A stretch of DNA of 64,000 bases from Nitrososphaerota archaeon (GTDB lineage Archaea > Thermoproteota > Nitrososphaeria_A > Caldarchaeales > Calditenuaceae), in NCBI GenBank assembly GCA_041641295.1, contig JBEPYO010000001.1:1440001-1504000 (forward strand), read 5' to 3'. The position numbers were made by a program, and so were the translations under genes. Of the stretch, positions 30,439 to 39,160 are shown piece by piece. How positions within the stretch are numbered: the first letter of the stretch is position 1; each line of letters begins with the position of its first letter. The notes below the pieces were generated by a model. It worked only from the letters and a program-made list of their open reading frames with translations, made no database searches and had not been told where the DNA came from.

Positions 30439-32073
30439 ATGGAAAAGGAAAAGCCTTCTGAGAAAGCAATATCGAGGAGGGCTGCTATCAGTCAAACGGC
30501 CAAGATCGCAGGCGTTGCTGCGGCTGGGCTCGTTGTGGGTGGGGTCGCAGGTTATTTGTCAGGAACAGCAGCGCAGCCTAGGCCGGCCACTGTTACTGTC
30601 GAGAGGCCAGTGGAGAGGACTGTAACCCTTCCAGGCGGAACAGTCACAGTTGAAAGGGAGAGAACTCTCACGGTCACCGCGACCGCCCCAGGTGCGCCCA
30701 CCGGTGTTGCCGAGCTTAGAGCCCAGCTAGCAAAAAGATACGCGACAGGTAAGCCTGGGGACAAATTCCTTGTCGGATATGTTACCTGGACCTTGGCCCA
30801 AGAGGCGCCAAAGTATGACTATCAGGGCGCCGATCAAGCAGCTAGGCAGCTTGAACTTGACTTCAAGGGTATAGAGATAGGGGCCGAGGCATTAAAGGCT
30901 GTAGAGGCTACTGACTCGCTAATTGCGGCAGGCGCTAAGGGGATTGTTTACTGGGCCCCCGCCATAGCTGCTATGCAAGAGATAGTGAGGCTCTGTGAGG
31001 AGAACAAGGTGTTTGCATCCACAGCTTGGTGCAGGGATCCAGCCCTACTACCGGGAGACAAGGGGCCATACTGGTTCCTAGAGTTCAGCACGATGTCGGA
31101 TGAGATGAGCTTCCACTGCATGACACTACTCTATGAGAAGATGAGGAAGTATGGAAGGAGCAAAGTCCTTCACGTGCAGTCTTCAAAGACTATTGCACCC
31201 GACTCTACCGCGCTCATCAATCAGGGAATAGCACTAGCGTGGAGAAGGTATCCATTCATACAGAACCTCGGGCATTACTGGGGTGAATGGGCGTATCCTG
31301 GAGGTAGAAAGGCTGGAGAGGATGCATTGGCAGTCAGAACAGACTACGAAGCGGTCTGGGGACACAACGACGACCAAGCGATGGGCACCGTCTCAGTATT
31401 CAAGGAGAGAGGGATAGATATTGGCCCATTCACGGCAGCTAGAGACGCAATAGTAGCCTATGTAGACCTAGTGATAAAGGGTGAGTTGTTCGTAACGTCA
31501 CTCACGGAATTCCAGTATTTCGGCGGCAAACGCGTCACCGCTATCTACGATGCCGTTACAGGGGCCTCATATCCGCTCAGAGACGAGATGGTTCAGTCAC
31601 CATGGGTCACCACCGTTCTCAACCTCTCAACACCAGGAATCAAGGAGGAGAACGAGGAACTAATCAGAAGCTCTGGTCTTGAGTGGCATCCAAACTTCGT
31701 AGTAGTTGACGCTGCCAAGCTCTTAGACTTCCTGAAGATAAGCGAGGTATATCCGTCAAGGATGTATCCATACGACTTCAGGACTCTGTCAGTGGGTAAG
31801 GTTAGAGAGCTTGGACTCACATTTGACAGGCACGCGAAGAACTACCTAACGGCAAACGACTACTACTACGTTCCGATGATGGAGAGGATGAAGGTGACAG
31901 ATGACAGGACGAAGGGAGAAAACTTAGAGTCATTCAGGAAGCAATTCGGATTAACAATGAAATACTTCTTGGACCTGAACTGGGATACGTGGAAAGATAA
32001 CGAGGCTAAAATAAGCGCTGCTCAGGCAGAAGGGCTGAAGCTGCTGCCGCGGTGGGGAGCAATAGTAGAATAA
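30439..32073 (+). CDS. Sugar ABC transporter substrate-binding protein with Tat signal
   Basis: SRRAAI twin-arginine followed by hydrophobic helix, T/V-rich linker, HNDDQAMG motif of RbsB-like binding proteins. Confidence 0.85.
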   Translation: MEKEKPSEKAISRRAAISQTAKIAGVAAAGLVVGGVAGYLSGTAAQPRPATVTVERPVERTVTLPGGTVTVERERTLTVTATAPGAPTGVAELRAQLAKRYATGKPGDKFLVGYVTWTLAQEAPKYDYQGADQAARQLELDFKGIEIGAEALKAVEATDSLIAAGAKGIVYWAPAIAAMQEIVRLCEENKVFASTAWCRDPALLPGDKGPYWFLEFSTMSDEMSFHCMTLLYEKMRKYGRSKVLHVQSSKTIAPDSTALINQGIALAWRRYPFIQNLGHYWGEWAYPGGRKAGEDALAVRTDYEAVWGHNDDQAMGTVSVFKERGIDIGPFTAARDAIVAYVDLVIKGELFVTSLTEFQYFGGKRVTAIYDAVTGASYPLRDEMVQSPWVTTVLNLSTPGIKEENEELIRSSGLEWHPNFVVVDAAKLLDFLKISEVYPSRMYPYDFRTLSVGKVRELGLTFDRHAKNYLTANDYYYVPMMERMKVTDDRTKGENLESFRKQFGLTMKYFLDLNWDTWKDNEAKISAAQAEGLKLLPRWGAIVE

Positions 32074-32135
32074 ATCTTTATCCATAATTTTTTATTTACG
32101 TGAAATATTTTTTAATTGCGTTTACATTATTTATG
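32074..32135 (+). terminator. Oligo-T rich tract after the substrate-binding protein gene (likely partial terminator)
   Basis: Several T-runs (ataattttttattt, atatttttttaatt) between binding-protein and ATPase genes. Confidence 0.4.
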
Positions 32136-32146
32136 TTGATTGGGGA

Positions 32147-33706
32147 ATGGGCTCCTCCCAAGAGATACTTGTAGAAGCAAAGAACATCACTAAAACATTC
32201 GACACAGTAGTCAGAGCTCTGGATGGCGTTAGTATAGAAGTGAGAAAGAGGGAGATCCTTAGTGTAGTAGGGGAGAATGGTGCTGGAAAATCCACGCTAA
32301 TGAAAATTCTTGTCGGTATACATCCACCAGATAGCGGAGAGTTATACTACATGGGCGAGCGTATTCCATTTCCTAAAAACCCGCTAGACGCCCTGAAAAG
32401 GGGTATCTCAATAGTTTACCAAGAGAGAGGTGTCATCCCCCACCTCAAGGTCTACCAATTTCTATTCCTAGGCCTCGAAGACAAGTTCACAAAGCTCGGG
32501 CGGCTACAGCTAGAAAAAATCATAGGTACGGCCAAGTCCGTTTTTGATGAACTGGGAATCAAATGTGATCTGGGAAGCTATCTATACGAGTTACCTCTAT
32601 CCACTCAGAAGATGGTTGAAATAGCGAGGGCAATTCTGAGTATCAGACTGGCTACAGGTGAGGGCAGGGAGGGCGAGGTCACCCCTCTGATAATACTTGA
32701 TGAGCCAACCGCCCCACTATCAATAGAAGAGAGAGACGAGTTATTCGAGTATCTGCTAAACCTAAAAAAGGAGAACTCATTCATATTTGTGTCACATATC
32801 ATCCCCGAAGTAATGAAATTTAGCGATCGCATATACGTTCTACGGGATGGAAAGGTCGTGGCACATCACGACGTGGCTGCGGAGAAGGTCACCGAAGAAG
32901 AGTTGTTCAGAGAAATAGTCGGCCGAGAATCCTACTACGATCTTTTAGAAAGATACGGTTATGGACAAGAGCAGCTTCAAGAGAGGCCCACAATCCTGTC
33001 TGTTAGAAATCTCACCAAGAAAGGATACTACACAGATATTTCCTTCGATATTCGCGAGGGAGAATGTGTTGGGCTTTTTGGACCTGCTGGCTGCGGTAAG
33101 AGTGAGATCGCCAAAACTCTCTACGGTGTCCTTACATTCGATAAGGGCAAGATAATCATGGATGGTCATGAATTGAGGGCGAAGGGTGGACCATACTCTA
33201 GAATACGGAGGGGCCTGGGGTATTTCTCGGGTGAGACGGGTAAAGAGCTCTTCCTCTACTGGTCGATAAGAAAGAATGTCTCGATAATTAATTTTGAAAA
33301 GGTTGTTAGAAAACACCTCGGAGTTGTTCCAGTAATAAGCCTGAGGCTGGAGAAGAGCCTAGCTGAAAAAATAGTGAAGAAGCTACGGATTAGGGCCCCG
33401 AGTGTCGATACCGAGTGCTACTCTCTTAGTGGTGGCAATAAGCAGAAGGTCTCAGTCGGTAAATGGCTTGAGAAGAGTCCGAAAGTATTGATTCTGGAAG
33501 ACCCCACTATTGGCATTGATGTGGGCGCGAGGGAAGACATATACGAAGTCCTACTAGAAATGAAGAAGAACGGGGTCTCAATGCTGCTTGTAAGCGACGA
33601 CCCCAAGGAATATGCGATTCTCTGTGACAAAATACTAATGCTAAAGGATGGGGTGGTTCAGCGGGTTTGCTCAAATAAGGAATTCAGGAGTTTGATGGGT
33701 CTATGA
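32147..33706 (+). CDS. CUT2 sugar ABC transporter ATP-binding protein (two NBDs)
   Basis: GENGAGKST, ILDEPT, FVSH; second NBD GPAGCGKS, LSGGNKQK, LEDPT.GIDVGA. Confidence 0.95.
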   Translation: MGSSQEILVEAKNITKTFDTVVRALDGVSIEVRKREILSVVGENGAGKSTLMKILVGIHPPDSGELYYMGERIPFPKNPLDALKRGISIVYQERGVIPHLKVYQFLFLGLEDKFTKLGRLQLEKIIGTAKSVFDELGIKCDLGSYLYELPLSTQKMVEIARAILSIRLATGEGREGEVTPLIILDEPTAPLSIEERDELFEYLLNLKKENSFIFVSHIIPEVMKFSDRIYVLRDGKVVAHHDVAAEKVTEEELFREIVGRESYYDLLERYGYGQEQLQERPTILSVRNLTKKGYYTDISFDIREGECVGLFGPAGCGKSEIAKTLYGVLTFDKGKIIMDGHELRAKGGPYSRIRRGLGYFSGETGKELFLYWSIRKNVSIINFEKVVRKHLGVVPVISLRLEKSLAEKIVKKLRIRAPSVDTECYSLSGGNKQKVSVGKWLEKSPKVLILEDPTIGIDVGAREDIYEVLLEMKKNGVSMLLVSDDPKEYAILCDKILMLKDGVVQRVCSNKEFRSLMGL

Positions 33707-34692
33707 AGGGAGAATTTGAGAAGTCAACTGTGGTAACAACCGTTGCGCTGGCTTGGAGGCTGATTAGGATAAATCCCGCATTGTGGACCATTTTCAGTCT
33801 AATAGTCCTCTTCTCTGTAATAGTTCCAGAAAAGTTTCTCTCGGCCAGCAATCTGGTGGCTATTCTGAAGAGTTTTGCTGTAACCGCGATGCTGTCCGTG
33901 GGGCCGACCTTCGTAATATTGATGGGCTCTATCGATGTCTCTTATATGGGTGTGTGGATGTTTGGTGGCGCCCTTGTATGGCTGCTCTACCCATATCTTG
34001 GCCTTGCGTCAATACTGGTTTATCCTGTATTCGGCCTGCTTGTCGGACTAGTAAATGGCTATATCCATGTCAAGGCTAAGATACCATCATTCATACTCAC
34101 AATCGCGGTGACCGCTGTATTTGCGTTCCTAACCACATATGTTAGAAACGTCTCAGGGGTATTGACGCTCACTGTTCCAGCATATAATTTCCTGAGGGAG
34201 TCGCCCATACCCTACCTTCCATCACCATTCCTACTGGCACTGCCGACTATTGCTTTGGCGATATTCTTTATGTTCTTCACTAAAGTGGGGACCTATCTCT
34301 GCGCTATAGGGTCTAATGAGGAGGGTGCCAGCCTAGCTGGAATCAATGTCAGAAAATATAAAATACTTGCTTTCATGATTAGCGGGTTCTTAACAGGGCT
34401 AGGCTCTATCGCTATTTTTGTCCACCTCGGAAACCAGACAAGGGTGGACTTTGACCCCAGCGAGTTGATTAGAGGTTTAGCTGCAATAGTCCTTGGGGGG
34501 ACACCTTTGGCCGGTGGGATGGGTGGCCCGCATAGGACTCTGATGGGTGCACTAGTTTATGTTTTGATATTCAATGGGCTGTTCCTACTGCCTGGTGTAG
34601 ATCCGAACCACCTCAAACTCTATATAGGTACGCTTTTGCTGGCGGCTGTTGTCGTCGCGTCGAAAGCTCTTAAAGGTGCCTTAATCGCCTAG
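33703..34692 (+). CDS. Sugar ABC transporter permease
   Basis: GSIDVS, IPSFILT, AIGSNEEGASLAGIN, AAIVLGGT.L.GG.G. Confidence 0.92.
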   Translation: MKGEFEKSTVVTTVALAWRLIRINPALWTIFSLIVLFSVIVPEKFLSASNLVAILKSFAVTAMLSVGPTFVILMGSIDVSYMGVWMFGGALVWLLYPYLGLASILVYPVFGLLVGLVNGYIHVKAKIPSFILTIAVTAVFAFLTTYVRNVSGVLTLTVPAYNFLRESPIPYLPSPFLLALPTIALAIFFMFFTKVGTYLCAIGSNEEGASLAGINVRKYKILAFMISGFLTGLGSIAIFVHLGNQTRVDFDPSELIRGLAAIVLGGTPLAGGMGGPHRTLMGALVYVLIFNGLFLLPGVDPNHLKLYIGTLLLAAVVVASKALKGALIA

Positions 34693-34706
34693 CGAGTGGT
34701 GCAAAC

Positions 34707-35669
34707 ATGGGTCAAACAATCGTTTATAGGGAGTGGCTGCATAGAAATCTTAACACTATAGTGCCGATCTCCGGGCTTTTATTGTTAATTACTCTTTTAC
34801 GGATTGCCAACCCATTCTTCCTAGCGAGCTGGGACAGTGCAATCACTCTGATCTACGGTATGTCATTTTTCCTAATAGCGGCTTGCGGGCTTACGCTAGT
34901 CATTCTTATGGGCTCGTTTGATTTTTCCGTTCCCAGTGTTCTAAAGCTTTCTGCCATGATATTCGCTGTCCTATATCCTTCCATCGGCTTTCTATCAATA
35001 CCCTCGGCCCTAGGTGTAGCCCTAGTTTTCGGATACGTGAATGGCTTGTTACTGGCGAAGTTTGGAATCCCCTCTTTTATGGCCACTCTAGCCACATCTA
35101 TGGTGGCTGAGGGGCTAGCCCAAATAATCTCTGGTGGATATACGCGGATGATAACTGACCCGGCATTCAGGGCTATCTCGACGACCATGATATTTGGTTT
35201 GCCGGCGATATTTTATTGGAGCGTGGTTTTGTGGCTTGTCGCCGTGCTTATTACGATGGTTACACCCTTCGGTAGGGCTATCTACGCTATTGGCGGAAAT
35301 CTGGTAGGGGCGAATCTCGCTGGGATAAATGTCTCAAGGGTTAGGATTCTAGTCTTCATGATCTGCGCACTGTTCGCGGGTCTCGCGGGTATTTTCTATG
35401 CTTCTCAGATTCAGGGGGCGCATATGCAGGTTGGTGTCTTGGACACGATACCTCTCTTTGCGAGCGTGGTTGTGGGTGGGACGGCGTTGACTGGGGGTGT
35501 CGGTGGTGTGCATAGGACTCTGCTGGGGGTGTTGATTATCAGGTGGCTGGATTCTGGTCTAAGCATGCTGGCAATAGATCTGAACATTAGGATGATAATC
35601 TTCGGAGTTATCGCGATTGTGATGGCGATATTGACGATAGATAGGCGGAGGATTAAGATAATGAAGTAG
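34707..35669 (+). CDS. Sugar ABC transporter permease
   Basis: GSFDFS, IPSFMATL, YAIGGN, VVVGGTALTGGVG. Confidence 0.92.
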   Translation: MGQTIVYREWLHRNLNTIVPISGLLLLITLLRIANPFFLASWDSAITLIYGMSFFLIAACGLTLVILMGSFDFSVPSVLKLSAMIFAVLYPSIGFLSIPSALGVALVFGYVNGLLLAKFGIPSFMATLATSMVAEGLAQIISGGYTRMITDPAFRAISTTMIFGLPAIFYWSVVLWLVAVLITMVTPFGRAIYAIGGNLVGANLAGINVSRVRILVFMICALFAGLAGIFYASQIQGAHMQVGVLDTIPLFASVVVGGTALTGGVGGVHRTLLGVLIIRWLDSGLSMLAIDLNIRMIIFGVIAIVMAILTIDRRRIKIMK

Positions 35670-35672
35670 GTT

Positions 35673-36752
35673 TTAGCTGAGGTTCCAGTGGACTGGTATA
35701 AATCTGCTCTTCTTAGATTCTTTAGCTGGAGGCCTCCCCACAATCGCTATCTTGTAGCCGCATTTCGGGCACGTGTTCTGGGGTGTTAGACGCCACTCTA
35801 TTATGTCGAATCCAAACCTCTCCACAACCATGTATCCACATCCTGGGCAGTAGGTGTGCTCGTACGGATGGCCTGGTACGTTTCCTATGTAGGCGTAGTT
35901 CATTCCCTCTTCTTTCGCTATTCTCCAGTGGGCTTCGAGCGTCTCTATCGGCGTCCATGGTAGGTGCATTAGCTTGTAGTCTGGGTGGAATCTTAGGAAG
36001 TGTATGGGCGTGTCTGGGCCGAGGTTGTCGTGAACCCATCTCACAAGCTTTCGAGCCGCGTTTAGGTCGTCGCCGATTTGGGGGACTACTAGGTCGGTTA
36101 TCTCGATGTGTATCCGCGTCTTCTCCTTCATCTCGAGGAGTGTCTGGAAGATTGGCTCCGCGTCGGGTATCCCGATGTAGCGTCTCACAAACCCCTTCTC
36201 CCCATTACCCTTAAAGTCTACTGTTGCTGCGTCGAGGAATGTGGATGCCATGGCCACTGACTCTGGTGTCCAGTATCCGTTGGTGACGAAGATGTTGAAT
36301 AGGCCGAGCCTCTTGGCCTCTAGGCCCACATCCCGCGCAAACTCCATGAAGATTGTCGGCTCGTTGTAGGTGTAGGCTATTCCGTGTGAGCCGTACCGCG
36401 CAGCATGCTCCGCCACCTGTCTCGGAGTAACCTCGATTCCTTCAACCTTCCTACGCTGGCTGATGTCGAAGTTTTGGCAGTATTGGCAGAGCCAGTTGCA
36501 GCCAGTAGTGGCTATGCTGAATATCTTTGTACCGGGCATATAGTGTGTTACTGGCTTCTTCTCTATTGGGTCGATATGGCTTGCGATTACCCTGCCATAG
36601 ACGTAGAGGTAGAGTTTTCCGTCGTGGGCTCCCCTAACCCCACATAGACCCACTTGGTTGTCGGAGAGGCGGCAATATCTGGCACAAGCTGTGCATTTAA
36701 TCTTCCCTCCCTCTATAGTCCATAGCTCCGCCTCTTTTCCGGGAATTTGCAT
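35673..36752 (-). CDS. amrS: AmmeMemoRadiSam system radical SAM enzyme
   Basis: CTACARYC, DPIEKKP, GCNWLCQYCQN, AYTYNEP, RFHPDYK, YIGNVPGH, two C-terminal CxxC. Confidence 0.9.
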   Translation of the reverse strand: MQIPGKEAELWTIEGGKIKCTACARYCRLSDNQVGLCGVRGAHDGKLYLYVYGRVIASHIDPIEKKPVTHYMPGTKIFSIATTGCNWLCQYCQNFDISQRRKVEGIEVTPRQVAEHAARYGSHGIAYTYNEPTIFMEFARDVGLEAKRLGLFNIFVTNGYWTPESVAMASTFLDAATVDFKGNGEKGFVRRYIGIPDAEPIFQTLLEMKEKTRIHIEITDLVVPQIGDDLNAARKLVRWVHDNLGPDTPIHFLRFHPDYKLMHLPWTPIETLEAHWRIAKEEGMNYAYIGNVPGHPYEHTYCPGCGYMVVERFGFDIIEWRLTPQNTCPKCGYKIAIVGRPPAKESKKSRFIPVHWNLS

Positions 36753-36810
36753 AATGCTCTTACTCTAGCTGTAATGGTCGGCCGCCGCTCTTAAACTTTC
36801 ACCTACTACG

Positions 36811-37404
36811 TCATTGTTTAGCAATTCTGATGTAGTTCTTTAGTATCTTCTCTCCTGTTCTGCCCGACTTTTCCGGGTGGAACTGTGTCCCGAACAGGGC
36901 CCCTTCCCCGATTATTGAGGGGAAGTCAGTCTCGTAGCTAGTGGTGGCTATGACTATGCGCTCGTCTATAGGCTGTGGGGCGTAAGAGTGCATGAAGTAG
37001 ACGTATTCGCCCGCCTGGATATCTTCTGTCAGGGGTGAGGGCCTGATAGGGATTATCCTGTTCCAGCCCATGTGGGGGAGCTTTGACGCCCTTAGTCGTG
37101 CGACCCGTCCCCTGAATACTCCCAGCCCCGTCCCAGGCCCCTCATCGCTCGAGTCGAATAGTATCTGCATTCCGAGACAGATTCCGAGGAATGGTCTGCC
37201 TGAACGTATATAGTCCAACACCTCTTCACGTATTCCTTCAATTCTGCGCGCCGCCTCCGTGAAGTTTCCGACCCCGGGGAAGATGAAAGCATCTATAGTG
37301 TCGTCTGGCTTCTCGAGTATGACGACCTCAGCCCCAAGCCTCTTTACCGCAGAAGTTATGCTGAAGAGGTTGCTGAGTCCTATGCTCAGTATACCCACCC
37401 GCAA
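36811..37404 (-). CDS. hisH: Imidazole glycerol phosphate synthase glutaminase subunit
   Basis: PGVGNF, GICLGMQ, PHMGWN, QFHPEKS. Confidence 0.95.
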   Translation of the reverse strand: MRVGILSIGLSNLFSITSAVKRLGAEVVILEKPDDTIDAFIFPGVGNFTEAARRIEGIREEVLDYIRSGRPFLGICLGMQILFDSSDEGPGTGLGVFRGRVARLRASKLPHMGWNRIIPIRPSPLTEDIQAGEYVYFMHSYAPQPIDERIVIATTSYETDFPSIIGEGALFGTQFHPEKSGRTGEKILKNYIRIAKQ

Positions 37405-37406
37405 AG

Positions 37407-37991
37407 CTATATCACACCCTTACTGCTTGGCGGCCCTCTTCTCCTCTGCTCTCTCTGCCAAGCATTCCTGAGGGCCACGGCCAGGGCTTTTACCGCCGCC
37501 TCAACCTTGTGGTGGTCGTTTAACCCATACCTCACATTGATATGTATCACTGCTGGGATGGAGTGGGCGAGTGACTGGAAAAAGTGGACTATGTCTTCAG
37601 CCGCCATATCTTCAATTGACGTGTTCGATATGCCGATGTCGACCTTCGCGTGTGGCCTCTTCACCAAGTCTACTGAAGCCTCGGCTAGGGCCTCATCCAT
37701 GGGTATGAGTGCGTATCCGAACCTTGCTATGCCTGAGCGGTCTCCAAGCGCCTCGCCAAGGGCCTGTCCAAGCGTTATACCCACGTCCTCGACGCCGTGG
37801 TGCTTAAGGTCCCACTCCGCCTCCACTGATAGGTCCATGAGGCTGTGATAGGCGAGAAGTGTGAGGATGTGGTCGAAGAATCTTATCCGCGTGGAGCCGC
37901 TGAATCTCCCCTCCCCCTCTAGGAGGAGTTTTACGTCAACCTTTGTCTCACCTGTCTTGCGTGTGACAGAGCTCTCGCGCCTCTCCATCAA
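37407..37991 (-). CDS. hisB: Imidazoleglycerol-phosphate dehydratase
   Basis: FFDH, HHGVED, PMDEAL, NDHHKVEA, PSSKG. Confidence 0.95.
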   Translation of the reverse strand: MMERRESSVTRKTGETKVDVKLLLEGEGRFSGSTRIRFFDHILTLLAYHSLMDLSVEAEWDLKHHGVEDVGITLGQALGEALGDRSGIARFGYALIPMDEALAEASVDLVKRPHAKVDIGISNTSIEDMAAEDIVHFFQSLAHSIPAVIHINVRYGLNDHHKVEAAVKALAVALRNAWQREQRRRGPPSSKGVI

Positions 37992-39160
37992 ACCGCCCCC
38001 AACACCTTGGCTATGTCGTCTGGGCTCGACATTATGGCGTCGCTGCCGAGGGATGCAAAGAACTCGGCAGACTGTGAGGGATTGGGTGCTAGGCCCACTA
38101 CTGCGGCGAAGAGGGTCCTGTAGCCGTACTTTTCGACGCTCCGCGCCATGAAGAAGTCTTCAGCCGAGTTCCCCAAGTAAATCGGGGATGCGGCCCCACC
38201 CATCCGTGTTACTGCCTTAACAATGCCGTATGGGCTCGGCTTCTTAACCACCTCACCCACCTGCCGGTACTCGTCCGCGAGGAAGACGCAGGCATCTCTA
38301 TTGAAGTATCTCATCAGTTCGCCCAGAACGATCTCTGTGGAGAACCTGTCCCTGCCGCTCACGATGCCCATATTCTCGACCCCAAACCTTCCGGCAAGCC
38401 ACTCCAAAGTCTCCTCCCTCACATTAACCCGCTCCTTCAAATACATCCCGGGCCCCAGGTCGAAGTAATTCCCTTTTCCATAGATTAGGCGGACGTTCTC
38501 TGGACCATAGTAGATGTCGCAGAAGAGGGTTTCGAGTAGCCCCTCCCCGTAACTCCCGGGCCTGCCTATTATGCGTCTGAAAGTCTCGAAGAGCTCGAGC
38601 TGCCCCCTCTTCACTGCAAACTCTCTTAGGGTCTGTTCGAGATCCGAGACGGAGAGGACTTGATCACCCACACGCCGCATGGTCTCTGATATAATCTGCT
38701 CGAGTGGTGGGGGTGTAGACTTGTACTCGTGCTGCATGTGCCCCGTCCTCAGGTCCACGGTCTGAGAAACGGTTTCTAGGAGGGTTTGAGGGTTTTCAGC
38801 ATCCTCTACCGCTGAGTCAAGCCCGTGTATTACCTCGGCCCTATCCCTTGGAAGCCCTGTGAATAGCCAGAGAGATAGAATGTATGCTGTGTCTGTGTCG
38901 TTGTTAAATCCCCCCGTCGACCTTAGGAGATAGATGTGGCTGCTGTTGACGGTGTGGGCGATAAGCTCTAGGTTTAGTATCTTCTCGAAAAGTATACTGA
39001 CCGTCTTCACTATAGCCATGTCGTAGCTCTCCCGCGTGTCTATTAGTACTCCGTCGCAGTCGAAGAGTATGGAGTCTACTATTCTGAGCATTTTAGCCGA
39101 CTCCTTATAGATGTAGGTCGGGGTCTCGCTTGAAATCTTGAAATATTTTGCCAGGGTCAA
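37988..39160 (-). CDS. HAD-family hydrolase within his operon (candidate histidinol-phosphate phosphatase)
   Basis: FDCDGVLID motif I, SGR motif II, KPSP, GNSAED; overlaps hisD and hisB by 4 nt each. Confidence 0.7.
   Translation of the reverse strand: MTLAKYFKISSETPTYIYKESAKMLRIVDSILFDCDGVLIDTRESYDMAIVKTVSILFEKILNLELIAHTVNSSHIYLLRSTGGFNNDTDTAYILSLWLFTGLPRDRAEVIHGLDSAVEDAENPQTLLETVSQTVDLRTGHMQHEYKSTPPPLEQIISETMRRVGDQVLSVSDLEQTLREFAVKRGQLELFETFRRIIGRPGSYGEGLLETLFCDIYYGPENVRLIYGKGNYFDLGPGMYLKERVNVREETLEWLAGRFGVENMGIVSGRDRFSTEIVLGELMRYFNRDACVFLADEYRQVGEVVKKPSPYGIVKAVTRMGGAASPIYLGNSAEDFFMARSVEKYGYRTLFAAVVGLAPNPSQSAEFFASLGSDAIMSSPDDIAKVLGAV

Larger units (their letters stand above)
19028..35669. 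other. AT-richer carbohydrate catabolism island abutting the tRNA-Leu 3' end
   Basis: Visible shift to more A/T-rich sequence, 14 genes nearly all for sugar metabolism/transport, starts right after a tRNA; no integrase or att repeat found. Confidence 0.6.

Noticed and set aside
35682-35692. GTTCCAGTGGA resembling an archaeal ORB core at the island's right edge
   Set aside because: Single copy inside the amrS coding end, no G-string, second box or cdc6 nearby.
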